A stretch of DNA of 61,815 bases, filler included. It is 6 parts of 6 records of this genome, joined end to end, with 100 filler letters (N's around TTAATTAATTAA, not from the genome) between each part and the next. Parts side by side here need not be neighbours in the genome. Positions count along the whole stretch, not along the records: positions 42,703 to 54,253 come from SRR20825006_2147; positions 54,354 to 61,815 come from SRR20825006_2155; 4 more parts are not named here. One strand, written 5' to 3'. Below are positions 49,834 through 59,565 of this stretch, in pieces (position 1 is the stretch's first letter; each line of letters begins with the position of its first letter). Made by a program: the position numbers and the translations under genes. The notes under the pieces were generated by a model. It did no database searches. It saw nothing but the letters and a program-made list of their open reading frames with translations, and was not told the DNA's origin.

Positions 49834-50676
49834 ATGACCTACAAGACCATACTTTCTGTAATGGAGTCCCCGACCCAGGCCGGTGGCTTCCTCGACTATA
49901 CGTTCGAAATAGCCCGTACCTTCAATGCCCATGTTATCGGCCTTCATGCCGAATCGGTCAACGCAACGCCGATCATTGCGCCAATGGAAATCCCCGACCC
50001 AGTTTCCGTTCAGGCGCTTCAGGATGCCGCCGAAAAGCGGAGCGCAGAACTCGGCGACTTGTTCAACAAACGGGCCGCGCGCGATGATGTATCCTATGAA
50101 TGGCGCAAGATTATCAGCTCGGTCGGCTTTGCCAGCGCGAGTGTTGTTGACAGCGCCCGGTGCGCCGACCTGATCATCGCCCCGCAGGCAAGTCCCGATG
50201 CTCCGTCCGATGTGCGTTCGGACTTTGAAAGTTTTCTATTTGAAAGTGGACGGCCGGTTCTTCTGATCCCGCATACAGCAAAAACCGTAAAACCGTTCAA
50301 GAAAGTGTTGATTGCATGGAATGGCTCACGCGAAGCCGCCCGCGCCACATTTGATGCCCTTCCGCTTTTGAAACAGGCAAGTGAAGTTGAGATTTTCTCG
50401 GTAAACCCGCAGGACACAAACGCGCAATCCAGCGAAATGTCGGGCGCTGAAATTGCCACAACGCTTGCCCGCCACGGCATTAACGTCACAGCCGTCAGCG
50501 CCCACGCCGACCGGGCTTCTGCCGCAACGCTGATTGAAAATCGGATGTCGGACAGCTCCATCGATCTCCTGGTGATGGGCGCCTATACGCATTCAAGATT
50601 GTGGGAGCTTCTGTTTGGCGGGGTCACCCGGACACTTCTGGAATCCATGACCGCTGTAACACTGATGGCCCGATAA
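49834..50676 (+). CDS. Universal stress protein (tandem USP)
   Basis: SGRPVLLIP, IAWNGSREAARA, LVMGAYTHSR..E..FGGVT. Confidence 0.93.
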   Translation: MTYKTILSVMESPTQAGGFLDYTFEIARTFNAHVIGLHAESVNATPIIAPMEIPDPVSVQALQDAAEKRSAELGDLFNKRAARDDVSYEWRKIISSVGFASASVVDSARCADLIIAPQASPDAPSDVRSDFESFLFESGRPVLLIPHTAKTVKPFKKVLIAWNGSREAARATFDALPLLKQASEVEIFSVNPQDTNAQSSEMSGAEIATTLARHGINVTAVSAHADRASAATLIENRMSDSSIDLLVMGAYTHSRLWELLFGGVTRTLLESMTAVTLMAR

Positions 50677-50707
50677 CACCTTCAATCTGCTATATTTCGG
50701 AAATTGC

Positions 50708-50739
50708 GCCCACGACAGGGATCAACCCGTGTCGTGGGC
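50708..50739 (+). terminator. Hairpin after usp, probable terminator
   Basis: GCCCACGACA...TGTCGTGGGC stem with a weak T tail. Confidence 0.5.
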
Positions 50740-50883
50740 TTGCCAATTTATTGTGATTGCGGCTAATAGCGGTGGGCAACGGCATATGCCTGCTTACGCC
50801 AAAGCAAAGGCTTATGTTCCAGCGCCGCGCAAATCAAAGCATGGCGAACCGAGTTCAACATGCCCTTTCTTCGGAGCCCTGCC

Positions 50884-51384
50884 ATGTCTCTTCCCGAAAA
50901 AGCCTTTCCAGTCGCCTGGGATCAGTTTCACCGTGATGCCCGCGCGCTTGCCTGGCGCATTTCCGGCCTTGGAAAAAAGTTTCACGCGATTGTGTGCGTC
51001 ACGCGCGGCGGACTTGTCCCTGCTGCGATCATTTCGCGCGAGCTTGAAATCCGTCTGATCGAAACGGTCTGCATTGCCAGCTATCACGACTACACAAGCC
51101 AGGGTGAAACAGTTCTTCTTAAGGGTATTTCGGAAGAACTGAAAAAGGACGGTGGCGAAGGCGTTCTGATTATCGATGACCTGACCGACACCGGAAACAC
51201 GGCGAAAGAAGTCCGTGAAATGCTTCCGAAGGCACATTTGGCCTGCGTATATGCCAAACCGAAGGGCGTTGCGATGGTTGATACGTTCGTAACGGAAGTC
51301 AGCCAGGACACATGGATTTACTTTCCCTGGGACATGGGCTTCACCTATCAGGAACCGATCTCCAAGGGGCCGACACAGAGTTAA
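50884..51384 (+). CDS. gpt: Xanthine-guanine phosphoribosyltransferase
   Basis: [36 protein letters not shown]. Confidence 0.95.
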   Translation: MSLPEKAFPVAWDQFHRDARALAWRISGLGKKFHAIVCVTRGGLVPAAIISRELEIRLIETVCIASYHDYTSQGETVLLKGISEELKKDGGEGVLIIDDLTDTGNTAKEVREMLPKAHLACVYAKPKGVAMVDTFVTEVSQDTWIYFPWDMGFTYQEPISKGPTQS

Positions 51385-51389
51385 AACAC

Positions 51390-51433
51390 AAAAACGGCCC
51401 GGCACAACGTTCAGCACACCGGGCCGTTTTTTT
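51390..51433. terminator. Bidirectional terminator
   Basis: AAAAACGGCCCGG...CCGGGCCGTTTTTTT. Confidence 0.8.
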
Positions 51434-51460
51434 ACAAGGCGGTTTTGTTCCGGGGAACGG

Positions 51461-51673
51461 TCACGGCCTGCGGGAACCACTTTGTGTCCGTCCGCCAAAA
51501 AAACGGATCAGCGCCGGCATTGAAAGCCAGCCGACCAGAAACAGAGCCGGAAGTACAAATATTTCCACTTCGCGCAACGCCGGCATCACCATCATGAGCG
51601 ACACGGCGAACAATCCGCAGCCGCCAAGGGTCATCAGGGAATACAGCCGGGCTGACGTTTGTCGATTTGCCAT
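51461..51673 (-). CDS. Small two-TM membrane protein (70 aa)
   Basis: GGAGG SD, two hydrophobic segments, ECF promoter upstream, terminator downstream. Confidence 0.75.
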   Translation of the reverse strand: MANRQTSARLYSLMTLGGCGLFAVSLMMVMPALREVEIFVLPALFLVGWLSMPALIRFFGGRTQSGSRRP

Positions 51674-51699
51674 GACATTCCTCCACTCGTTTGAGCCAA

Positions 51700-51725
51700 A
51701 ACGCAGGAAGAGGAGTAATGGTTCC
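51700..51725 (-). promoter_or_regulatory. Sigma-EcfG (RpoE2/SigT) promoter
   Basis: GGAAC-N17-CGTT on the minus strand, about 27 nt before the ATG at 51673. Confidence 0.75.
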
Positions 51726-51753
51726 CGCAGGCAGCTTCAAAGATTTCGGCCCG

Positions 51754-53067
51754 TCAGCTGTTGTTGCGCTCGCGTCTCAGCCTGGCCCACCAGGCGAGGC
51801 GTTTATTGATATCGCGTTCAAATCCGCGATCAGGTGGATTGTAGTATTTCTGACGCCCCATTTCGGTGGGAAAATAGTCCTGTCCTGAAAACGCATCCGG
51901 CTGATCATGGTCATAGCGATACCCATCGCCATAACCTTCTTCGCGCATCAGCTTGGTCGGAGCATTGAGAATATGTTTCGGTGGCAGCAGAGAGCCGTGT
52001 TCCCGGGCCGCACGCATCGCCGCCTTGTAGGCGGTATAAACGCCATTCGATTTTGGTGCGGTGGCCAGATAAACACAAGCCTCGGCCAGTGCAAGTTCGC
52101 CCTCCGGCGAGCCAAGATATTCATAGGCATCCTTGGCGGCATTCGCAATCACGAGCGCTTGCGGATCAGCAAGACCAATATCTTCCGACGCCATGCGAAC
52201 CAGCCTACGGCCCAGATAAAGAGGGTCTTCACCGGCATCGAACATACGGGCAAGATAATAAAGCGCCGCATCCGGGTCCGAGCCGCGAACAGACTTATGC
52301 AAGGCAGAAATAAGGTTGTAATGCCCGTCCTGGCCCTTGTCATAGATCGGTGCACGCCGCTGAACGATATTCAGGAGACTTTGTGGATCAAGGCGTTCGT
52401 CGACACGCGCTGAACGCCAGATTTCTTCTGCAAGTGTCAGGATTGCACGGCCATCGCCGTCAGCCATCATCACAAGCGTTTCACGTGCCGCCTCATCAAG
52501 TGGCAACACCCTGCCTTCTGCTGTTTCTGCGCGGCCGATTAACTCAGTCAGGCTTCCAGCATCATGTGACCTGAACGTTAAAACCCGTGCCCGCGATAAA
52601 AGCGCTGCATTCAGTTCAAATGAGGGATTTTCCGTGGTGGCTCCCACAAGAATAATCGTTCCATCCTCCATCACAGGCAGAAAACTGTCCTGCTGTGCGC
52701 GATTGAAACGATGGATCTCATCAACAAACAACAGCGTCTGCCGCCCGTTTATCCGACGCGCGCGGGCGGCCTCAAAAACCTTTTTAAGATCAGCAACACC
52801 AGAGAAGATTGCCGAAATTTGTTCAAAGGCAAGATCCGCTTCTCCGGATAAAAGCCGGGCAACCGTGGTTTTGCCAGTGCCCGGCGGGCCCCAGAAGATC
52901 ATGGAACCGAGCGAGCCCGACTCAATCATACGGGTCAGCGCACCATCCGGCCCGGTCAGGTGCGCCTGACCGGTGACGTCGCCCAATTGCTGCGGGCGCA
53001 ACCGATCAGCCAGCGGCCGCCGCTGATGAACATTATCCGGAATATGGGGGGCAAAAAGATCACTCAT
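51754..53067 (-). CDS. rarA: Replication-associated recombination protein A (MgsA)
   Basis: PLADRLRP, GPPGTGKT, DEIHRFN, GATTENP, ISALHKSVRGSD. Confidence 0.97.
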   Translation of the reverse strand: MSDLFAPHIPDNVHQRRPLADRLRPQQLGDVTGQAHLTGPDGALTRMIESGSLGSMIFWGPPGTGKTTVARLLSGEADLAFEQISAIFSGVADLKKVFEAARARRINGRQTLLFVDEIHRFNRAQQDSFLPVMEDGTIILVGATTENPSFELNAALLSRARVLTFRSHDAGSLTELIGRAETAEGRVLPLDEAARETLVMMADGDGRAILTLAEEIWRSARVDERLDPQSLLNIVQRRAPIYDKGQDGHYNLISALHKSVRGSDPDAALYYLARMFDAGEDPLYLGRRLVRMASEDIGLADPQALVIANAAKDAYEYLGSPEGELALAEACVYLATAPKSNGVYTAYKAAMRAAREHGSLLPPKHILNAPTKLMREEGYGDGYRYDHDQPDAFSGQDYFPTEMGRQKYYNPPDRGFERDINKRLAWWARLRRERNNS

Positions 53068-54253
53068 CGGAACAACTGGGTTATCATCCTTCCACCGCGA
53101 TTGATACTGAGCTTCCAGTATCCGGGATTGTGATCCGCAACTTTTTCCATGGTTCTGGTCGTGTCAATATGATCATCGTTGACCGCAACGATGATATCAC
53201 CCCGAGAGAACCCGACACGGGCTGCCGGCGAACCCTTTTCTATACCGGAGACCACAACACCTTCGGCATCACCTGGAAGACGCATCTCTTCAATGACTCT
53301 GGGTGAAATGTTTTCCACCGTCAAACCGGCAAACGGACTATTCCCGGAGATTTCACGGGTGTCGCGAGGCGGATCCTCCGGCGCAAGCTGCAAAGGCAGC
53401 GAGATATCGGAAAGCTCGCCATCGCGATCAATCTTGAGATCGGCTTTCTGTCCAACGCCCAGTACAGTCAGGCGGTAAAGCAACGCATCGGGATGCTGTA
53501 CCGGAATGCCATTCACCGCGACAACAACCGACCCCGGTTTGAGGCCCGCCTTATCCGCCGGGCTATCCGGCACAACATCGGAGACGATTGCACCACGTGC
53601 GGCGTTAAGCCCGAGTGCCTCTGCCATATCCGAAGTGACCGGCCCGAAGGTGGCGCCAACATAGGGCCGCTGGAAGCGCTTCTGTCCGCTTTCCGCAGAC
53701 GCGAGAAACACTTTCACCATATTGGCAGGGATGGCAAAGCCAATGCCGTTCGAACCTCCGCCCTTGGAAAAGATCGCAGTGTTGATACCGATCAGTTCAC
53801 CATTCATATCCAGCAGTGCACCGCCGGAATTGCCGGGATTAATCGCCGCATCGGTCTGCAGGAAAAAGCCGAACTCGCCATCGGTGATCGAATTTCGTGC
53901 CGTGCCCGAAACAATTCCGCTGGTCACTGTCTGACCAACGCCGAAAGGGTTGCCAATCGCCAGCGCAATATCTCCGACCTCAACACCGTCGGAATTACCG
54001 ATCGGCACAGTCGGGAAGGTTTCATCCGACTGAATCTTCAGTACCGCCAGATCATATCGTTCATCCTTCAGCAGCACTTTGCACGGAAACTCCCGCCCGT
54101 CAGAAAGCGCCACCTTCACCTCATCAGCACCGGATATGACGTGGTTATTGGTAATGACGACACCGTCATCGGCCACGATAACGCCGGACCCAAGAGACAC
54201 CTGCTTCTGTGAACGCCCCTGTGGCGTCTGCCGCCCGAAGAACTGGCCGAAAA
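53064..54253 (-). CDS. HtrA/DegQ serine protease with two PDZ domains (5' truncated)
   Basis: GSGV, TNNHV, DLAVL, QTDAAINPGNSGG. Confidence 0.95.
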
Positions 54254-54353
54254 NNNNNNNNNNNNNNNNNNNNNNNNNNNNNNNNNNNNNNNNNNNNTTA
54301 ATTAATTAANNNNNNNNNNNNNNNNNNNNNNNNNNNNNNNNNNNNNNNNNNNN
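54254..54353. other. Artificial contig spacer 5
   Basis: N run + TTAATTAATTAA + N run. Confidence 0.99.
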
Positions 54354-54495
54354 CCCGCGGTCAGGCGCTGCCCTCAGTGGCAAAGTCACAGAAGGCTCTA
54401 AGCAGCCCTTCGCCAAGCGATGCACGAATCCCCGCTTCGGGCGGCCCTGCAAAACAAGACGGCACCAGCAACTGGACCCATAAACAGGTCCAGAG

Positions 54496-55266
54496 CTACC
54501 CCTTCTCCGGCGCGAAGTAATCAGGAAAGGCGGCGCGCTTCTCGGCGATGCGGTCCACCGTGCGCTGCAGGTGGCGGCGCAGAGCGTCCATGGCGCGGGC
54601 GGCGTCTCCGGCCTCGATGCCATCGACCACCTGTGTGTGCCCTTCGACCACCTGCTGGTTGTTGTGCATCCGGCCCGCGTCATCCGTGTCGGACAGGTGC
54701 AGGCGGCGCAGCCGTTCCAGGTGGCCTGCGTGGCTGCGCAGGATGCGCTGGGTCTGTACGTGGCGGGCGGCGACGAACAGGGTCTGGTGGAATGCTTCGT
54801 CCAGTTCCTGAAAGGTCGGCACATCGCCTGGGTTCTGCGCGATCCCGGACTGAAGCGCCACGATGCTCCGCAGCCGCGCCAGATCCTCGGGGGCAATCTG
54901 CCCTGCCAGCTCGCGCACCACTTCGGTTTCCAGCGCGATGCGCATGAACTGGGCCTCGCGGATGGCAGTCACGTCGATGGGCGTGACCAGCGTGCGCGAC
55001 TGCGGGAAAATATGCACCAGCCCCTCTTTGGCCAGTTGCTGCAAGGCATCGCGCAGGGGGGTCAGGCTGACGCCATAGGTCTCGGCCAGCTCGGCCCGCA
55101 ACAAGGGCGTGCCCGGTGGCAGGTCCAGCTTGACGATCTGCTCGCGCAGGCTGTCATAGACGCCGCGCCCGGTCGGCCCACCCTCGAACAGCGCCATGCC
55201 GGCGCTGCGCATGGCCTTGGGAAGCAGGCTCATCGCCGGGCCTTGTGATTTGCTGGATTCATTCAT
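54496..55266 (-). CDS. GntR family regulator (FCD domain)
   Basis: LREQIVKLDLPPG...LAETYGVSLTPLRDAL HTH; DEAFH, H and H FCD metal ligands. Confidence 0.92.
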   Translation of the reverse strand: MNESSKSQGPAMSLLPKAMRSAGMALFEGGPTGRGVYDSLREQIVKLDLPPGTPLLRAELAETYGVSLTPLRDALQQLAKEGLVHIFPQSRTLVTPIDVTAIREAQFMRIALETEVVRELAGQIAPEDLARLRSIVALQSGIAQNPGDVPTFQELDEAFHQTLFVAARHVQTQRILRSHAGHLERLRRLHLSDTDDAGRMHNNQQVVEGHTQVVDGIEAGDAARAMDALRRHLQRTVDRIAEKRAAFPDYFAPEKG

Positions 55267-55293
55267 TGCGAGGGCACTTTGTTCCTGTTAATC

Positions 55294-55305
55294 CTAATAT
55301 ATCAG
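55294..55305. promoter_or_regulatory. Probable GntR operator
   Basis: Near-palindrome CTAATATATCAG in the short divergent intergenic region. Confidence 0.55.
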
Positions 55306-55357
55306 TTTGCTTCCCAAACCCGAAGTCTTTTTTCAGCCAACCGAAAGCACACAGTCG

Positions 55358-56905
55358 ATGGACAGCCCCACCTTAGACCGAAACGCCACCGCAAGGGTAC
55401 TCTTGCTGTCGGGTGGCGACAACGTGGTGGTTGCCACCGGACCGATTGCCCAAGGGACACCGCTGCCCGACCACGGGGTGACCGCCAACCACGACACGCC
55501 GCAGGGCCACAAGATCGCCATCCGCCCGATCCAGAGCGGCGCGCCGATCCTGAAATTCGAGACGGTCATCGGCTATGCCGCCCATGACATCGCACCGGGC
55601 GACTGGCTGCACAGCCACAACATCAAGTTCGACGCGGTGGACAAGGATTACGCCTTTGCCCGCGATTATGTCCCGACCGACATCCTGCCCGAGGACCAGC
55701 GCGCCACCTTCATGGGCATCCGCCGCGCCAACGGTCAGGTCGGCACGCGCAACTATATCGGCCTGTTCGTCACCGTGAACTGTTCCGCCACCGTGGCGCG
55801 CAAGATCGGCAATTATTTCGACGAAGAGCGCATGGAAGACTGGGCCAATGTCGACGGGGTGATCCCGTTTATCCACGAATCCGGCTGCGGCATGGAAATG
55901 ACGGGCGAGCCGATGGACCTGCTGCGGCGCACGCTGGCGGGCTATATCCGGCACCCCAACATGGCCGGCGCCGTAGTGCTGTCGCTGGGCTGCGAGCGGA
56001 ACAATCTGGCGCAGTTCTTCGAGGAACAAAGCCTGGCCGAAGGCAAGATGCTGAAAACCATCACCATGCAGCATGTGGGCGGCACCGCGCGCGCCATCAC
56101 CGAAGGCAAGGCCGCCGTGCGCGACATGCTGGACGCCGCCAATCAGGTGCAGCGCACCCCGTGCAGCGCCGAACACATCACCATCGGGATGCAATGCGGC
56201 GGCTCGGACGGGCTGTCGGGGCTGTCGGCCAACCCCGGTCTGGGGGCGGCGGCGGATATTCTGGTGCGCAACGGTGGCACCGCGATCCTGTCCGAAACGC
56301 CCGAGATCTTTGGCGTCGAACACCTGCTGACCCGCCGCGCGCAGTCCGAGGCCGTGGGCCGCAAGCTGGTTGACCGCATGGACTGGTGGCTGGATTATAC
56401 CAAGGGCCGCGACACCCAGATCAACGGCGTCGTCAGCCCCGGCAATCAGGCAGGCGGGCTGGCCAACGTGTTGGAAAAATCGCTGGGCGGGGCCAAGAAA
56501 AGCGGCAGCACCGGATTGATGGAGGTCTATCGTTACGCCGAGCCGGTGACCCAGAAGGGGCTGGTGTTCATGGACACCCCCGGCTTTGATCCGGTGTCTG
56601 CCACGGGGCAGATCGCGGGCGGGGCCAACCTGATCTGTTTCACCACCGGGCGCGGTTCTTGCTTTGGGTCGTATCCGTCGCCCACGATCAAGCTGGCGTC
56701 GAACACGCCGATGTTCACCCAGATGCAGGACGATATGGACATCAACTGTGGCACGGTGATTGATGGGGACAAGACCATTGCCGAGCTGGGGCAGGAGATT
56801 TTCGACCATATCCTGGCCGTGGCGTCAGGGCAGGCCAGCAAATCCGAAGCACTGGGCGTCGGAGAAGAAGAATTCGCACCCTGGCCGATTGGCGTGACGG
56901 GCTGA
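55358..56905 (+). CDS. UxaA/GarD family dehydratase (SAF + GD_AH_C fused)
   Basis: DNVVVA, GHKIA, GTRNY, HESGCG, SLGCE, QCGGSDG, LSETPE, FTTGRGS. Confidence 0.93.
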   Translation: MDSPTLDRNATARVLLLSGGDNVVVATGPIAQGTPLPDHGVTANHDTPQGHKIAIRPIQSGAPILKFETVIGYAAHDIAPGDWLHSHNIKFDAVDKDYAFARDYVPTDILPEDQRATFMGIRRANGQVGTRNYIGLFVTVNCSATVARKIGNYFDEERMEDWANVDGVIPFIHESGCGMEMTGEPMDLLRRTLAGYIRHPNMAGAVVLSLGCERNNLAQFFEEQSLAEGKMLKTITMQHVGGTARAITEGKAAVRDMLDAANQVQRTPCSAEHITIGMQCGGSDGLSGLSANPGLGAAADILVRNGGTAILSETPEIFGVEHLLTRRAQSEAVGRKLVDRMDWWLDYTKGRDTQINGVVSPGNQAGGLANVLEKSLGGAKKSGSTGLMEVYRYAEPVTQKGLVFMDTPGFDPVSATGQIAGGANLICFTTGRGSCFGSYPSPTIKLASNTPMFTQMQDDMDINCGTVIDGDKTIAELGQEIFDHILAVASGQASKSEALGVGEEEFAPWPIGVTG

Positions 56906-56921
56906 CAAGGAAGACCACGAT

Positions 56922-58238
56922 ATGACACCGAATTATGTGAAACTGGTGCAGGACACGGTGCTGCCGCGCATCGCGCTGTGCCGCCAGACCTTTGCCGCCA
57001 CCCGCGCCGGCGACCCCGCCGCCGCCGTGCGCGACGCGATGGCGCGCGCCGCCTGCACGGACAAGGTCAAGCCGGGCATGTCCATTGCCATCACCGCTGG
57101 CAGCCGGGGCATCGCGGATTTCCCCGAACTGCTGACCGCCATCGTGGCCGAGGTCCGCGCACGCGGGGCCGATCCCTTTGTCGTGCCCTCCATGGGCAGC
57201 CACGGCGGCGCCACCGCCGAAGGACAGACCGCCCTGCTGGCCAAGCTGGGCGTGACAGAGGATGTGATCGGCTGCCCGATCCGGTCGTCCATGGACACCG
57301 ACGAAATCGGCGTTCTGGACAACGGCATGTCGGTGCGCATGGACCGGTTTGCCAATGCCGCCGACGGCATCATCCTGTTCAACCGGATCAAACCGCACAC
57401 CTCTTTCCGCGCGCCCAACGAAAGCGGTCTGGCAAAGATGCTGTCGATCGGGCTGGGCAAGCAATCGGGTGCCGAAAACTGCCACGCGCGCGGCATCGAC
57501 AACGTCGGTATCTTTGTCGCCAAGATGGCGCGGATGAAGCTGGAACGCTGCAAGGTGATGTTCGGCATCGGCACCATCGAAAACGCCTATGACGAACTGG
57601 CGCGGGTCGAGGTTCTGGACAGCGCCGGCTTGCTCGAGGCCGAGGCACCGCTGCTGCAAGAGGCGATGGCCAACATGCCGCGCCTGCCGGTTGGTCCGCT
57701 GGACCAGCCCACCGCTTCGGGCACGCTGGACGTGCTGGTGGTGGACGAGATCGGCAAGGAGTTTTCCGGCACCGGCATGGACCCCAACATCACCCACCGC
57801 TTTTCCAGCCCCAAGATGCAGGTGCACCTGCACATCGAACGGCTGGTGGCACTGGGGCTGTCGCCGCGCAGCAATGGCAACGGCAACGGGGCCGCGCGGG
57901 CCGATGTGATCACCGCGCAGATCGAAGAGAATTTCGACCGCGAGGCCGTCTATGCCAACTGCCTGACCTCGCAAGTGCTGATGCAGGCCAAGCTGCCGAT
58001 GGTCATGCCCTGCGCGCGCTCGGCCATTCAAACAGTGGTGAAAACCTGCGGCGCCGAGGACATCACCAAGCCGCGTCTGCTGCGCATTCCGAACACGCTG
58101 AAGCTGGAATACCTTTATGCGTCCGAGGCGATGCTGCCCGAGCTGCGCGACCGTCCGGGGTTCGAGATCATCGGCGATCTGGAAGAGATGCAGTTCGAGG
58201 ATGGCCGGCTGGTCAACCCCTGGCCGGACGCACACTGA
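56922..58238 (+). CDS. LarA-like (lactate racemase domain) nickel-pincer-dependent isomerase
   Basis: MGSHGGAT; RIKPHTSF...ESGLAKM...GKQSGAENCH parallels the LarA His/Lys/His arrangement; coupled to larC. Confidence 0.8.
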   Translation: MTPNYVKLVQDTVLPRIALCRQTFAATRAGDPAAAVRDAMARAACTDKVKPGMSIAITAGSRGIADFPELLTAIVAEVRARGADPFVVPSMGSHGGATAEGQTALLAKLGVTEDVIGCPIRSSMDTDEIGVLDNGMSVRMDRFANAADGIILFNRIKPHTSFRAPNESGLAKMLSIGLGKQSGAENCHARGIDNVGIFVAKMARMKLERCKVMFGIGTIENAYDELARVEVLDSAGLLEAEAPLLQEAMANMPRLPVGPLDQPTASGTLDVLVVDEIGKEFSGTGMDPNITHRFSSPKMQVHLHIERLVALGLSPRSNGNGNGAARADVITAQIEENFDREAVYANCLTSQVLMQAKLPMVMPCARSAIQTVVKTCGAEDITKPRLLRIPNTLKLEYLYASEAMLPELRDRPGFEIIGDLEEMQFEDGRLVNPWPDAH

Positions 58239-59416
58239 TGGGGCTGCATCTGCATCTGGACCCCGTCGGCGGGGCAGCGGGCGATATGTTCATTGCCGCC
58301 ATGCTGCACGCACGTTCCGACCTGACCGACCGCGTTCTGGCCGATGTCGCCGCCGTTTTGCCCGCCGAGGTGGGCAGGCCCGAGCTGACCGAACATGTGG
58401 CATCCGGCATCATGTCGCGCCAGTTCAAGCTGGTGCTGGCCAAGGGTGGCATAAATGCGCGGCACGGGGCGGAAACCACCTACAAGGCGATGCGCGCGCT
58501 GCTGGAAACCGCGCCGCTGTCCGACGGCACGGCGGACGCCGCCTGTGCCATCCTGCACCGCATCGCCGAGGCCGAGGCGCAGGTCCACAACATCCCCATC
58601 GACCGCGTGCATTTCCACGAAATCGCCGATTGGGACGCGCTGATGGACGTGACCGCCGCGGGCAGCATTTGCGCCGCACTGGACGGGGCGACCTACAGCC
58701 TGGCACCGCTGCCGCTGGGTGGCGGTCTGGTCGATACGGCGCATGGCAAACTGCCGGTGCCGGCGCCTGCGACGGCGCTGATCCTGCAAGGCTATGACTG
58801 GCACGACGACGGCATCGCGGGCGAACGGGTGACGCCGACGGGGGCCGCGATCCTGGCCCATGTCACCGGCGGCAGCCACGGCACCCGCCCGCCCGGTCGG
58901 CTGTCGGGCGTGGGTTCGGGCGCGGGCACGCGCGTGATGAAAGGTCTGCCGAATATCCTGCGCGTCACGATGTTCGACACCGCCGAAAGCGGCATGATGC
59001 ACGACCCGCTTGTGCAACTGTCCTGCGACATCGACGACATGACCGGCGAGGAACTGGGCGCTGCCACCGACACCCTGCGCGCAACGGCGGGTGTGGTCGA
59101 TGTGCTGCTGCTGACCGCCATGGGCAAGAAATCCCGCCCCGTGGTGCGCATAGACCTGCTGGTGCAACCAGACGCCGCCGAGGCCGTGGCCGCACGGATG
59201 TTCGACGTGACCTCGACCCTGGGCCTGCGCCGCAGCGTGGTTGACCGGCTGATCCTACCCCGCAGCATCGAGACAACCCCCGACGGCACCCGCCGCAAAC
59301 GCACCCGCCGCCCCGCAGGGCATGACACGCTGAAAGTGGAAAGCGATGATCTGGACGCCAGCCCGACACTGGCCGACCGCCGGACAGCGGCGCGGAAGGG
59401 CGAAACCGAGGGATAA
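58238..59416 (+). CDS. larC: Nickel insertase for the NPN cofactor
   Basis: GGAAGDM, EAEAQVH...VHFHEI..WD, HGKLPVPAPAT, TPTGAAIL, IDDMTGE, KKSRP, TSTLGLR. Confidence 0.93.
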   Translation: MGLHLHLDPVGGAAGDMFIAAMLHARSDLTDRVLADVAAVLPAEVGRPELTEHVASGIMSRQFKLVLAKGGINARHGAETTYKAMRALLETAPLSDGTADAACAILHRIAEAEAQVHNIPIDRVHFHEIADWDALMDVTAAGSICAALDGATYSLAPLPLGGGLVDTAHGKLPVPAPATALILQGYDWHDDGIAGERVTPTGAAILAHVTGGSHGTRPPGRLSGVGSGAGTRVMKGLPNILRVTMFDTAESGMMHDPLVQLSCDIDDMTGEELGAATDTLRATAGVVDVLLLTAMGKKSRPVVRIDLLVQPDAAEAVAARMFDVTSTLGLRRSVVDRLILPRSIETTPDGTRRKRTRRPAGHDTLKVESDDLDASPTLADRRTAARKGETEG

Positions 59417-59509
59417 AGCGCCCTTGATTTATACCCTATAATACGGATTATGTAATCATCAGCCGCACAAACCAAAGCCCCCGGGTTCACACACACACGC
59501 AAAGCAAAA

Positions 59510-59541
59510 CGCCCCCGATCAAGCTGATCGGGGGCGCATTT
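59510..59541. terminator. Bidirectional terminator
   Basis: Perfect 12-bp stem CGCCCCCGATCA-AGC-TGATCGGGGGCG with A/T tracts on both sides. Confidence 0.85.
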
Positions 59542-59565
59542 TGCCAAATCTGATATGCAACGCGA

